From contig OY776215.1 in NCBI GenBank assembly GCA_963675495.1, forward strand, positions 2,240,001 to 2,304,000: 64,000 nucleotides of DNA. Direction: 5' to 3'. The notes under the pieces are model-generated. The model was not told where the DNA came from, searched no databases, and worked only from the letters and a program-made list of their open reading frames with translations. Positions 8,760 through 18,698 of this stretch are shown here, piece after piece (the first letter of the stretch is position 1; each line of letters opens with the position of its first letter). Source of the stretch: an uncultured Methanolobus sp. (lineage in GTDB: Archaea > Halobacteriota > Methanosarcinia > Methanosarcinales > Methanosarcinaceae). The position numbers and the translations under genes were made by a program.

Positions 8760-11534
8760 ATGCTTGAAGACGAGTATCAACTTGATTTTTTTTCTGAGAA
8801 CGGATTTGTTCGTAAACAGTGCTCCAAATGTGGAAGTCATTTCTGGACCCGTGATCTTGAAAGAGCAACATGTGGGGATGCTCCATGTGATCCGTACTCT
8901 TTTATTGGCAATCCTGTTTTTAAGAAAAAGTTCGACCTTGCAGAAATGAGAGAATATTATCTTGATTTTTTCGAGGAAAGGAGTCACACAAGACTTGAAA
9001 GGTATCCTGTGGTAGCCAGGTGGAGGGATGACATATATCTGACAATTGCTTCGATCGCAGATTTTCAGCCATTTGTCACTTCGGGAGAAGTCCAGCCGCC
9101 GGCAAATCCATTAACTATCTCTCAGCCATGTATACGCCTGTCTGATCTTGATGCAGTAGGGCGGAGCGGTCGTCATCTGACAACTTTTGAAATGATGGCT
9201 CATCATGCTTTCAATAAGCAGGAAGAGGAAATATACTGGAAGGACCGCACAATGGAGTTGTGTGACGAATTCCTTAATTCGCTTGGTGCAGATCCATTGG
9301 CCGTTACCTACAAAGAGGAACCGTGGGCAGGTGGCGGTAATGCAGGCCCATGTGTCGAGGTGCTCATTGGTGGCCTTGAAGTTGGAACCCTTGTGTTCAT
9401 GAACATGCAGCAGGCCGAAGATGGCGATATTGTGATCAAGGGTGAGAACTATCGCAAGATGGACAATTATATTGTGGACACAGGGTATGGTCTTGAAAGA
9501 TTAGTTTGGGCGTCAAAAGGCTCACCTACGATCTATGATGCGGTGTTCCCTGGCATAGTGAATGAACTAATGGACCTTGCAGGTGTTAAACATGAGCTTG
9601 ATAACTCTGAATACTCTAACATCCTCTCCCAGAATGCCCGGCTGGCAGGTCTTATGGATGTGAGTGAAAAGGCCAATCTTTTCGAACTCAGGAAACAGGT
9701 TGCTTCCAGTATCGGAACAACTGTCGATAAACTATCATCTATAATGGAACCCGTCGAGAGTGTCTACGCGATAACTGACCACACCCGTTGCCTTACGTTC
9801 ATGCTTGCAGACGGTATCATTCCTTCCAATGTGAAAGCTGGTTATCTCGCAAGACTGGTGCTTCGCCGAACCCTGAGAATGATGAAGGATATGGGTATAT
9901 CCATTCCGCTGTCTGAAATAGTTAAAATGCACATTAACAACCTTCCGGAGTATCCTGAATTTCTGGAAAAATTCGATGTCATAGAGGATATCCTGTATCA
10001 TGAGGAGCAGAAGTTTGCAGACACACTGGAACGTGGAAAGCGTATGATAAAGAAGTCTGCAAAACACTACAAGGACGCAGGTGAAAAGATCCCTCTTGAA
10101 AAATTGGTTGAAATGTATGACAGCCATGGGATTCCTCCTGAAATATCAAAAGAAGCAGCTTCTGAAGTTGGTGTGGATGTAGACCTCCCTGATAACTTCT
10201 ATTCTCTTGTTGCTGAAGGGCATAGCAAAGCAGAGGCAAAGGTGGTCAAAGTATTCCCTTACTCAAATAGAGTTGAAAAGCTGCCACAGACTAAGAAGTT
10301 GTTCTATGATGAACCTACCAGGATGAACTTTGAGGCAGTGGTACTGGATATCTTTGACAACCATATCGTGCTTGACAGTACTCTCTTTTATCCTGAAGGC
10401 GGTGGACAGCCTGCAGACCATGGTGTCATCATTGTTGAAGATATTGTTCTTAACGTTGTAGATGTACAGTCTGTTGGCGATGTAGTTGTGCATATTATAG
10501 AGGACATGGAAGATGAACTCCACCTCAGAAAGGGTGATATGGTCCAAGGGAACGTAAACGAAGAACGTCGTATGTCCCATGCATGTCACCACACCGCAAC
10601 TCATATTGTCAATGATGCGGCACGTAAGGTTCTTGGTGACCATGTATGGCAGGCAGGAGCCCAAAAATTCGTGAACAAAGCCCGTCTTGACATATCCCAC
10701 TACAAGCGCATCTCGCAGGAAGAATTGGATCGTATAGAGTTGATTGCCAACCGTACGGTGATGGAGAATCAGCGAGTTATAGCCGAATGGATGGAAAGAG
10801 TAGATGCCGAGAAGAAATATGGATTTGGTCTTTATCAGGGAGGCGTTCCTCCTGGAAATATAATTCGTGTCCTGAAAGTGGCCGATGATATAGAGGCATG
10901 TGGCGGTACTCACTGTGTCAGTACCGGACTTGTCGGTCCTATCAAAATTTTGAAGACCGAACGCATTCAGGATGGTGTGGAACGTATTGAGTATTCCGCA
11001 GGTCTTGCAGCAGTCAGGGCAATGCAGGAAATGGAGTCTTATCTAAGCCTGGCAGCTGAGGCCCTGCGCGTCAGGCCGGAACATCTTCCATCCACCATTG
11101 AACGTTTTTTCAATGAATGGAAGGAGTTCAAAAAAGAGAACCAGAGATTGAAAGACGAACTTGCGCATGTTCATGTCAGCCAGATGGTAAATGAAGCAGT
11201 AAATATCGAAAATGTTCGTCTTGTGGCAAAGGTCATTCCAAACGCTGATATTGACGAACTTGTGAAGATTGCCGGTGAGCTGACTACGAACAAGGATATG
11301 GTAGTGCTTCTGGCAAGTGATTCTGCAGGTGTTAAGATTGTAGGTGCTGCAGGAGATGATGCACTGTTGGCCGGAGCAAATGCAGGCAAGATAGTCAGGG
11401 AAATGTCCTGTATAGTTGGCGGCGGCGGCGGCGGTAAGCCTGCTATGGCTCGTGGTGGCGGTGTAGATTCCAGCAAGATGGATGAGGCTCTTGAAAGTGG
11501 TCGCAATCTGCTTGAAGGACAGATAGGCAATTAA
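8760..11534 (+). CDS. alaS: Alanine--tRNA ligase
   Basis: Archaeal N-terminal CxxC...CGD, TIASIADFQP, HLTTFEMM, VDTGYGLER, DHTR, editing HTATH/ACGGTH, GGGGGK C-Ala domain. Confidence 0.98.
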   Translation: MLEDEYQLDFFSENGFVRKQCSKCGSHFWTRDLERATCGDAPCDPYSFIGNPVFKKKFDLAEMREYYLDFFEERSHTRLERYPVVARWRDDIYLTIASIADFQPFVTSGEVQPPANPLTISQPCIRLSDLDAVGRSGRHLTTFEMMAHHAFNKQEEEIYWKDRTMELCDEFLNSLGADPLAVTYKEEPWAGGGNAGPCVEVLIGGLEVGTLVFMNMQQAEDGDIVIKGENYRKMDNYIVDTGYGLERLVWASKGSPTIYDAVFPGIVNELMDLAGVKHELDNSEYSNILSQNARLAGLMDVSEKANLFELRKQVASSIGTTVDKLSSIMEPVESVYAITDHTRCLTFMLADGIIPSNVKAGYLARLVLRRTLRMMKDMGISIPLSEIVKMHINNLPEYPEFLEKFDVIEDILYHEEQKFADTLERGKRMIKKSAKHYKDAGEKIPLEKLVEMYDSHGIPPEISKEAASEVGVDVDLPDNFYSLVAEGHSKAEAKVVKVFPYSNRVEKLPQTKKLFYDEPTRMNFEAVVLDIFDNHIVLDSTLFYPEGGGQPADHGVIIVEDIVLNVVDVQSVGDVVVHIIEDMEDELHLRKGDMVQGNVNEERRMSHACHHTATHIVNDAARKVLGDHVWQAGAQKFVNKARLDISHYKRISQEELDRIELIANRTVMENQRVIAEWMERVDAEKKYGFGLYQGGVPPGNIIRVLKVADDIEACGGTHCVSTGLVGPIKILKTERIQDGVERIEYSAGLAAVRAMQEMESYLSLAAEALRVRPEHLPSTIERFFNEWKEFKKENQRLKDELAHVHVSQMVNEAVNIENVRLVAKVIPNADIDELVKIAGELTTNKDMVVLLASDSAGVKIVGAAGDDALLAGANAGKIVREMSCIVGGGGGGKPAMARGGGVDSSKMDEALESGRNLLEGQIGN

Positions 11535-11548
11535 AATGGGGAATTGAA

Positions 11549-12889
11549 ATGATACCTGGTGAGGTCAAGGAGTTCTTCTCATCCCAGTTTGGCAAGTCTC
11601 TTCTTGTAAAAGGAAAGCCTGGTACAGGAAAAACAACCTTTGTCTTTGGCATACTCGATGAGGTTTGCTCTGAGGGCAATTGTATCTATATCTCGCCACG
11701 TATCGATAAATCCTCAGAGTATGGAAAATATCCCTGGATAGAGGGTGATTTTAACAACAATGAGGATTTCATCAGGATGCTTGCATCCCGCATAAAAGTG
11801 ATATGGGAATCCAGTGAAACCAAACCAATCATAGTTGTGGATTCCATTGATTCATTAAGTATCGCTACAACACGATCTGCAAACTGGGAAGATAACAAGT
11901 TCGAACTTGAACGTTTGCTATTTGATTTTTCCAGAAAGGTAAATGCAGATCTCATTATGATCACCGAGCAAACGGATGTAACTTCTCTTGATTATCTGGT
12001 AGATGGTGTCGTTTCCCTTGAAATAATTGATATGTCAGGTAATGACCTCAGAAAAGTCAATTTGCTGAAGATACGTGGTGTGGAACTGTCCCAATCAAGA
12101 TATCCTTTTACTCTTGATGCTGGTAAGTTCAACAGCTTTGAACCATTTGCGGTATCATATCCCGAACAAACACAAGTTCCAAAACCTTTCCCTGATCCCA
12201 TTGAAAGTAAGATATCGACTGGTATTCGTGATTTTGATGAGATATTGGGAGGCGGTTATCAAAAAGGAAGTTTTAATCTTTTTGAGATCACAAGTGGTGT
12301 GGGTGATTCTTTTTACAGTTTACTTTTGCCAACCTTCATCAATCACCTGAACATGGGTCGAGGACTTTTAAGTATGCCTACGGAAGGCACAAGTGTTGAA
12401 ACTGAAAAGCGTATGATAGTTCCTTTTACAGGTGGCAATCACTTTCAGGGTCAGTTCGTTGGATTCGAGATTCGTGACCTGAAGGGAAGAATGCCTGCAT
12501 ATATTGCACCATTTTCGGGGAATGTTTACAAAGACATGGATGCATTCCACAAAGCCAAGAATGAAATGATGCGGCAGTATGGCTCACCGATTCTTGACTA
12601 TATTGGTCTTGATAGCATGGAATACAACTATGGATGGGAGAATATTGGTTCTATAATCGGCCAAATGGCATCCATTACAAAGACCACTGAGAATGTTGTC
12701 CTTGCAGTTACAAAACACGGACAAAGGATAAGTGAAACTGTAGCACATATGGCCACAACTCATTGGAAATTTGAAAACGTTGACAAAACTCTTGTTGTGT
12801 ATGGGGTCGTACCTAAAACCAGTATTTTTGCGGTTCAGATGGAATTCGTTCAAGGATATCCTGAGGTTCGTTTAATTCCTATGAAATAA
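11549..12889 (+). CDS. GvpD-like / KaiC-like RecA-superfamily ATPase with two RecA domains
   Basis: Walker A GKPGTGKTT, IVVDSID, LDYLVDGVVSL, LLKIRG; second domain ISTGIRDFDEILGGG with degenerate Walker A. Confidence 0.85.
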   Translation: MIPGEVKEFFSSQFGKSLLVKGKPGTGKTTFVFGILDEVCSEGNCIYISPRIDKSSEYGKYPWIEGDFNNNEDFIRMLASRIKVIWESSETKPIIVVDSIDSLSIATTRSANWEDNKFELERLLFDFSRKVNADLIMITEQTDVTSLDYLVDGVVSLEIIDMSGNDLRKVNLLKIRGVELSQSRYPFTLDAGKFNSFEPFAVSYPEQTQVPKPFPDPIESKISTGIRDFDEILGGGYQKGSFNLFEITSGVGDSFYSLLLPTFINHLNMGRGLLSMPTEGTSVETEKRMIVPFTGGNHFQGQFVGFEIRDLKGRMPAYIAPFSGNVYKDMDAFHKAKNEMMRQYGSPILDYIGLDSMEYNYGWENIGSIIGQMASITKTTENVVLAVTKHGQRISETVAHMATTHWKFENVDKTLVVYGVVPKTSIFAVQMEFVQGYPEVRLIPMK

Positions 12890-12977
12890 ATATTTTAGTA
12901 CAGCAAGTGCATTTTTTGCCCAAACATTAATAAGAAAATAAAACTAATAATATTTACTAAACAAAATTAAAAGGTAC

Positions 12978-14039
12978 TTGTCAATGAATGTTCAAACGCA
13001 GGAGATCCTTTCAACCCTGAGGCAGGAATTGTCCAACAAGAATGCATTATTCTTTGCTCCAGTTGACAGTTTCATAGAGCGCCTGGTGTATTTTTATGTA
13101 TCGAATATACTAAGGGAGGATACTGACCGAACAATAGTCTGGTTATGTCTGAATGCTTCCAGGGATAAAATATTTAATCGGTTTGAGGATTTTGGCTTTG
13201 ATCTTGAGCCAAGTAGTAGGATGTTCTTCATTGACATCGATGCTCCAGGTAAACAGCATTATGAAGATACTTTTTATTGTAGTTCAGTAGCCGATTATAC
13301 AAAAATGGCTTCACATATATCTAACATCTTTCAAAATAATTCGCGCTCCCTGCTTATCATAGACAATATGAATGTGCTGGCAAGCGATACAATGCAGGTA
13401 GTTGAGAATTTTATAAAATTCATCGAAAAGAAAGTAGCTGAAAATAATGGAAGCATTCTATCCATGCTTTCCAAGAACATTCTACCATCTGAAACAGAGG
13501 TCCTTATTAATTCCTTTTTTGATGTGGTCATTGAGATCAGCAACGTGGGTGAGATTCACACGGAGATTGGTTTGAAGGATTTTGATTTCCGATACTCGGT
13601 TGAGGAGGGGTCAATTGAATTCGAACCTATGCAGAAGAAGATAAGACGGGAAAGACTAAAGATTCTCATTGTCGATGATGAACCGGATATCCCGGAATTG
13701 TTAAAACTTTCTCTTATAAGTGAGCCCTATGATTTTTTAGTGGCACACAATGGGGAAGAAGCTATAGAGCTTACCCTTAAAGAACTTCCTGATCTTATCC
13801 TTCTCGATATCATGATGCCTGATATGGATGGTTATGAGGTTGTGGAGAATCTTAAATTAAGTAAAGCTGCAAGTGATATTCCTGTAATAATGATCTCTGC
13901 CAAGACTGCCATTGAGGATAAAGTAAAAGGCATGGAACTTGGAATTGATGATTACATTGCCAAACCATTTGATAAACGTGAAGTCAAAGCAAGGATAAAG
14001 ATGGTTATGCGACGTCTGGGTTGGGTTGAAGATGAATAG
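12978..14039 (+). CDS. Response regulator: degenerate RecA/KaiC-like N-domain fused to a receiver domain
   Basis: C-terminal ILIVDDE...PDLILLDIMMPDMDG...MISAK...DDYIAKPF; N-domain LLIIDNMN...SFFDVVIE is RecA-like without Walker A. Confidence 0.85.
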   Translation: MSMNVQTQEILSTLRQELSNKNALFFAPVDSFIERLVYFYVSNILREDTDRTIVWLCLNASRDKIFNRFEDFGFDLEPSSRMFFIDIDAPGKQHYEDTFYCSSVADYTKMASHISNIFQNNSRSLLIIDNMNVLASDTMQVVENFIKFIEKKVAENNGSILSMLSKNILPSETEVLINSFFDVVIEISNVGEIHTEIGLKDFDFRYSVEEGSIEFEPMQKKIRRERLKILIVDDEPDIPELLKLSLISEPYDFLVAHNGEEAIELTLKELPDLILLDIMMPDMDGYEVVENLKLSKAASDIPVIMISAKTAIEDKVKGMELGIDDYIAKPFDKREVKARIKMVMRRLGWVEDE

Positions 14040-14114
14040 TTATATATAATTAAATATATTATAGTTATTATTATGGCATTATTGATTATTATTTTCAGGA
14101 GCTGTTAATTAATT

Positions 14115-14489
14115 ATGTGTCCCAAAGTTATGGTCGTGGATGATGAAACAGACACCATAGACCTTGTGAAGTTGATCCTGGAATCAGAAATGATAGAAGT
14201 TGTCGGGGCAAAAAGTGGTTTTGAATGTCTTGAGTCCATCGATAAGGAAAAACCTGACGCAATTTTGCTTGACATAATGATGCCTGACATGAATGGTTGG
14301 GAAACCTTCCATAAAATAAAGGAAAAAGAGCCATCCTTGCCTGTGGCCATGCTTACTGTGAAGAGCCAGGAATTCGATAAGATGCTTGGTTTGCATGTGT
14401 TAAAAGCAGATGACTATATAACCAAACCTTTTAGCAGGAAGGAACTCATAAAGAGAACTAAAGAACTTCTGGAAATGGAACTTCAATAA
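14115..14489 (+). CDS. Single-domain response regulator (receiver)
   Basis: VMVVDDE, ILLDIMMPDMNG, MLTVK, DDYITKPF. Confidence 0.93.
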   Translation: MCPKVMVVDDETDTIDLVKLILESEMIEVVGAKSGFECLESIDKEKPDAILLDIMMPDMNGWETFHKIKEKEPSLPVAMLTVKSQEFDKMLGLHVLKADDYITKPFSRKELIKRTKELLEMELQ

Positions 14490-15502
14490 TGTAGCACTTC
14501 ACAAATGATGGCATAATTTCTCCTTATAAAAAGATGAGCTTTCCTTTCACCATTCAGTTCTTTTTCCAGATCATTGCGAGCTTCCCAATATCTTTCAGGT
14601 TCTATTGCTGCCCTGATGATTACCTTTCCAAAAGAGTTCTGCTTCAGGTATGAGTTTATTTTTGTTGTATTGAATTCCGTTACCTGCAGTACGTTGTAGC
14701 TGTTTTTGAACAATTTAGATTTCAATGGGACGTCAGAGCTTATTAATATTCTTTTCTCATCGATCTCGAATATGCTGATGTCAGCATTCTTTTTAAAAGA
14801 AATCGCCAGTTGATCAAGAAGACCTGCTTTTGTAACACATTCTTCTGGCTCATAGGCATAGATTCCGGGTTTCTCCGTTCTATTGGCATTTATTTTTTCA
14901 CTATCTTGTCTAATAATTGTGCTACCAGGTAGCACAATAGCAGAAACATCAGCTTTTTTCAGTTCACCAAAATATAAATTCAAACGATTCAGTTTCCCAT
15001 CAAGGGACATGTATTCCTTTTCACAATCAAATGCTATTTTTTCGGGTGTTATCTGGGGTGGTGCTTCAAAAGCAAAGTTCAAGGTTTTCTCTGCATATGC
15101 TTTCATTACTTCCGGAATGGGTGGACTCAGGTTAGCGATGTTCCTTTCTTTTTCCGTAGGGGGCCTGGCAGGATCTGAGAATACCACATCAAGGGCTGGT
15201 AATGATGCTATTACATCTGTTGAAAGGGCATCTCCAGTGATGAACTCTATGTTGCTGATACCCATCAACTCAGCATTCTTTTTTGCGTAGGATATTTTAT
15301 TCTCATCGATCTCTATTGCATACACGAAATCGCAGTATTTTGCAAAGTAGAGTGCCTGTCCTCCGATACCGCAACTTATATCAGCTATCATTTTGCATTG
15401 CAATCTCTTTGCCCTATATTCAGCAACAGGCTCAGGAGTTGCGAATCTAATACCATCCTTATCGGATATCATTTTTGTCTTGAATTGTTTTTTGCGTGCC
15501 AA
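14483..15502 (-). CDS. Class I SAM-dependent RNA methyltransferase (TGS1/RNA cap N2-like N-domain, THUMP-like C-domain)
   Basis: FATPEPVAEYRA, IADISCGIGG, AIEID, GDAL, VFSDPAR; TTG start. Confidence 0.75.
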   Translation of the reverse strand: MARKKQFKTKMISDKDGIRFATPEPVAEYRAKRLQCKMIADISCGIGGQALYFAKYCDFVYAIEIDENKISYAKKNAELMGISNIEFITGDALSTDVIASLPALDVVFSDPARPPTEKERNIANLSPPIPEVMKAYAEKTLNFAFEAPPQITPEKIAFDCEKEYMSLDGKLNRLNLYFGELKKADVSAIVLPGSTIIRQDSEKINANRTEKPGIYAYEPEECVTKAGLLDQLAISFKKNADISIFEIDEKRILISSDVPLKSKLFKNSYNVLQVTEFNTTKINSYLKQNSFGKVIIRAAIEPERYWEARNDLEKELNGERKAHLFIRRNYAIICEVLHY

Positions 15503-15665
15503 ATATATCAGGTATGTAATATCTCATAAATGATTTAAAATCATCTGCACATATTTTCTATAATATTGAGACCAAGTTTTATTCAAAATTTATATATAAT
15601 ATTGGTGGTATATTGGGTAACATATACATGTCACTGTCATTATATTAATTATTACTAGTGAAATC

Positions 15666-16967
15666 ATGGCCGGATTTAGCGATAAAATAAAAAAGATGAC
15701 TTCTGTTCTCTCCAAGAAGGATAAAAAAAAGGGAGCTGATTCTCCATTTGATTCAGACGCACCTTCTTTTCTACAGGGTACTCCAGATCTTGGTTCCATT
15801 CCTGATCTGTCGGCAGGATTGCCACCGGCACCCCCTGGCGTTCAAAATGCTCCTGATATTTCTGGTAATCCTCCATTTCCTCCTGGAATGGCTCCACCTG
15901 GAGGTATGCCTCAGCAAGTGCCTCAGCAATCATCTGTCAACGATGAAATGTTAGAGGAAAACCGGAAAAAGATAAAAGATGTTGAGGCTAAGGTTTCAAA
16001 ATCGGATGTCACTCTTAACATGGTCCAAAGGGAAAATGAAGAGATCAAAAAGACCGTTGACAAGATAGACCAGAGTGTTCTTGAATTACTATCCTTATAT
16101 GAGATAGTGTCCAATCAGGTCAATCCTTTTGTAGGGGATGATGTTGCTTCTCGTGCTACCATAGAGAGATTTGAGAAAACAGAAAACAGGATCACTGAAA
16201 TGGGCGACATGCTGGTCCTAATGAAAAATGATTTTGATGCCGCATCTCAGAAAATAGGCATGCCTCAGGAAGTCTCACCCGAAATAGATTCAAGGATGCA
16301 GAACTTCGAATCGAAGATGGATGCATTTGCAGATGCAATGGTTATGATGCATGAAGGCATTGAAAAATTATCTTCCAGGACAGAAGAACTGTTTTCCAGA
16401 ACCGGTGCCCTTGACCAGAATATAGTTGACCTGGCTGAAACAACCGCAAATATATCTTCTCGTCTTGATATGCTTGAGAATGAATCTCCCTCAACTAGTA
16501 ATGTATCTATGGTGGAAACTGCACCTTATGTAGATGAAGAAAATGAACACGTAGCACAAGACGGAGTTGCAATGGATGGAATTGCAGCAGTTTCAAATAA
16601 GGTCTCGGTTCCTATGGTACGATTGGAATCTATCAAAGGAGATCCCACAAGTGTTGTTGTTCTACTTAACTGGATCGAGTTTTTAATGGAGCGTGTAGGA
16701 AGGAATAACCTGATGGATGCTCTTGATTATTACATGGATATTGGGTGGATAAGTGAGGATGTTATGTCAGAGATCATGGCTTATGCTCGTGGTATCGATT
16801 ATTATGTGGAAAAGCCCACATGGCGACTTCTTCCGGAAGATCATACAAAATCTCTGCTCTTCATAGAAAGGCTGTCAGGCCGTAAGATAGACAGGAATAT
16901 GCTAAGTTCCATAGATAGGGAAATGGCAAAAGTGAAGCACGGTCTGGAGGAACTCTATGGGATTTGA
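15666..16967 (+). CDS. arlCDE: Archaellum accessory protein ArlC/D/E (FlaCDE) fusion
   Basis: Pro-rich N-terminus, ArlC motif LLSLYEIVSNQVNPF, coiled coil, FlaD/E domain LNWIEFL...LDYYMDIGWIS...EDHTKSLLFI. Confidence 0.9.
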   Translation: MAGFSDKIKKMTSVLSKKDKKKGADSPFDSDAPSFLQGTPDLGSIPDLSAGLPPAPPGVQNAPDISGNPPFPPGMAPPGGMPQQVPQQSSVNDEMLEENRKKIKDVEAKVSKSDVTLNMVQRENEEIKKTVDKIDQSVLELLSLYEIVSNQVNPFVGDDVASRATIERFEKTENRITEMGDMLVLMKNDFDAASQKIGMPQEVSPEIDSRMQNFESKMDAFADAMVMMHEGIEKLSSRTEELFSRTGALDQNIVDLAETTANISSRLDMLENESPSTSNVSMVETAPYVDEENEHVAQDGVAMDGIAAVSNKVSVPMVRLESIKGDPTSVVVLLNWIEFLMERVGRNNLMDALDYYMDIGWISEDVMSEIMAYARGIDYYVEKPTWRLLPEDHTKSLLFIERLSGRKIDRNMLSSIDREMAKVKHGLEELYGI

Positions 16968-17388
16968 GCTATCAGTCATAGCAGTTGTTTTTTTCATATC
17001 GGCAGTGCTGCTGGGAACTTTTTCTTATACAATGTTAGGTACTTCCAACGAAATACTTGACGATGCTTCGGCAGAGCAGTATCAAATGCGGCGGACTCTG
17101 CTTCATACGGATATAAAGGTGGAAAACTCCACGGCTGATAGTTTTGCAGGCAACTACAATTTGACTGTAACTCTCTCTAACACAGGCAGTGAAACTCTTC
17201 ATTTTGATAAGTTGAATGTACTGGTGGATGGAAATCTGGAATCTTATACATATGGCGATATTGCAGCTACATGGACTCCTGCTGAAACGAGAAACCTGAC
17301 AATAACAGAACTTTCTGGTCTGGGAATTCATCGCGTTAAAGTTGTAACAGAAAATGGTATTTCGGCCTATGATTCCTATTTGGTTTGA
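16957..17388 (+). CDS. arlF: Archaellum protein ArlF (FlaF)
   Basis: MGF + N-terminal TM helix, NTGSETL, VLVDG, WTPAE, RVKVVTENG. Confidence 0.88.
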   Translation: MGFELSVIAVVFFISAVLLGTFSYTMLGTSNEILDDASAEQYQMRRTLLHTDIKVENSTADSFAGNYNLTVTLSNTGSETLHFDKLNVLVDGNLESYTYGDIAATWTPAETRNLTITELSGLGIHRVKVVTENGISAYDSYLV

Positions 17389-17464
17389 TGGAAATAGTAG
17401 TTTTATATACTATTAATAATATATTAATTTCTACTTCTTATTATATTTGGACTGGCAGAAAAAC

Positions 17465-17971
17465 ATGATTAGTATGCTAACAACAGACAAAAATAGTCTA
17501 CTGAAAGACACCAATGCTGAAACCGCTATCACGCATATGATATTCTTCATAGCGGCTTTGATGTTGGCTATTAGTGCAGTTGCCTTCATATCTGCAGATG
17601 TCCAGTCAATGATAGCTTCATCAGGTACAAGCAGCAAAGTGCTTTCTGAACAGATGAGGACTGATATTACAGTCGTAAATGATCCTGAATTAATTCCTTA
17701 CAATAATATCAGCAGTAAATACACATTCTACGCGAAGAACACAGGCAAAACAGAATTAGTACCGCAGTACGTCACGGTTCTTGTGGACGGTATTATGATA
17801 GAACCTGTAGATGTTGATATTGGACTGATGGATGGTGACGTCATATGGAGGCCAGGTGATATCCTTACCCTTAATGTCACAACTACTCCATCACCACTGG
17901 AATCTGGTGACCACAGAATACTGGTTGCAGCTGAGAATGGCAAATCCGGCTCAATGAGCTTTAAAACATAA
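17465..17971 (+). CDS. arlG: Archaellum protein ArlG (FlaG)
   Basis: AITHMIFFIAA TM, TDITVVNDP, FYAKNTG, VLVDG, WRPGD; start codon uncertain (17447/17465/17474). Confidence 0.88.
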   Translation: MISMLTTDKNSLLKDTNAETAITHMIFFIAALMLAISAVAFISADVQSMIASSGTSSKVLSEQMRTDITVVNDPELIPYNNISSKYTFYAKNTGKTELVPQYVTVLVDGIMIEPVDVDIGLMDGDVIWRPGDILTLNVTTTPSPLESGDHRILVAAENGKSGSMSFKT

Positions 17972-17984
17972 TAAAGGGGGAAAA

Positions 17985-18680
17985 ATGTCAAAAATCAATG
18001 GATTTGATATCCCAAGGGATGATCTGAACGATAAATTAGGTGGAGGTTTCCCTGCAGGCTCATTGGTAGTTATAGAAGGCGGTAGTGGTGGTGGGAAAAG
18101 TTCTATCACTCAGCGTCTTTCATACGGACTGAATGAGAATGATGTAAGTGTTACTTTTGTTTCCACACAAATGACGACAAAAGGCTTTATTAATCAAATG
18201 TATTCTATGGATTATCCTATAGCTCCTTTCCTTTTGAATGGTTTACTATTATATATCCCGGTAATTCCCCTTGTACAAGCTGCAAAATCCCGTTCCGATT
18301 TTATTGAAAGGTTAATGTCAGCTGAAGAGCTTTTCGAGAAGAACGTGATAATTATCGATACCCTCTCTTCTTTAATAAAATACAGCGTGAATACCGAGAA
18401 AAGTCTTGAATTGATATCGTTTTTTAAGAAGCTTAATGGTATGGGGAAAGTGATCATATTGACAATAGAGCCTAATCAGCTTGGTGAGGATATTGCATCT
18501 ATGTTCCGTTCTTCATGTGATGTTTACATTACCCTTAAGTCCAAACCTCTGGGAAGTGAGGTCAAGAGGACCATTATGGTGAACAAGTTTACGGGAGCCA
18601 AAGGTCCGGTAGGACAAATGGTAGGTTTCAGGGTAGAGCCAAAAGTAGGTCTTGTAGTTGAGATTGCTTCAGTATCATAA
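17985..18680 (+). CDS. arlH: Archaellum KaiC-like ATPase ArlH (FlaH)
   Basis: DDLNDKLGGGFPAGSL, GGSGGGKS, IIIDTLS, FRVEPKVGL. Confidence 0.94.
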   Translation: MSKINGFDIPRDDLNDKLGGGFPAGSLVVIEGGSGGGKSSITQRLSYGLNENDVSVTFVSTQMTTKGFINQMYSMDYPIAPFLLNGLLLYIPVIPLVQAAKSRSDFIERLMSAEELFEKNVIIIDTLSSLIKYSVNTEKSLELISFFKKLNGMGKVIILTIEPNQLGEDIASMFRSSCDVYITLKSKPLGSEVKRTIMVNKFTGAKGPVGQMVGFRVEPKVGLVVEIASVS

Positions 18681-18698
18681 GATTAAAAGAGTGATTAG

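Noticed and set aside
11418-11435. (GGC)n microsatellite
   Set aside because: Encodes the conserved GGGGG motif of the AlaRS C-terminal domain; not a contingency repeat
11549-12889. Gas vesicle gene cluster or circadian kai operon
   Set aside because: No gvpA/N/F/L or kaiA/B in the window; only a GvpD/KaiC-like ATPase
15540-15665. EarA-type (TACATA) activator boxes upstream of arlCDE
   Set aside because: Only one near-match (TACATG) in AT-rich DNA; not distinguishable from chance
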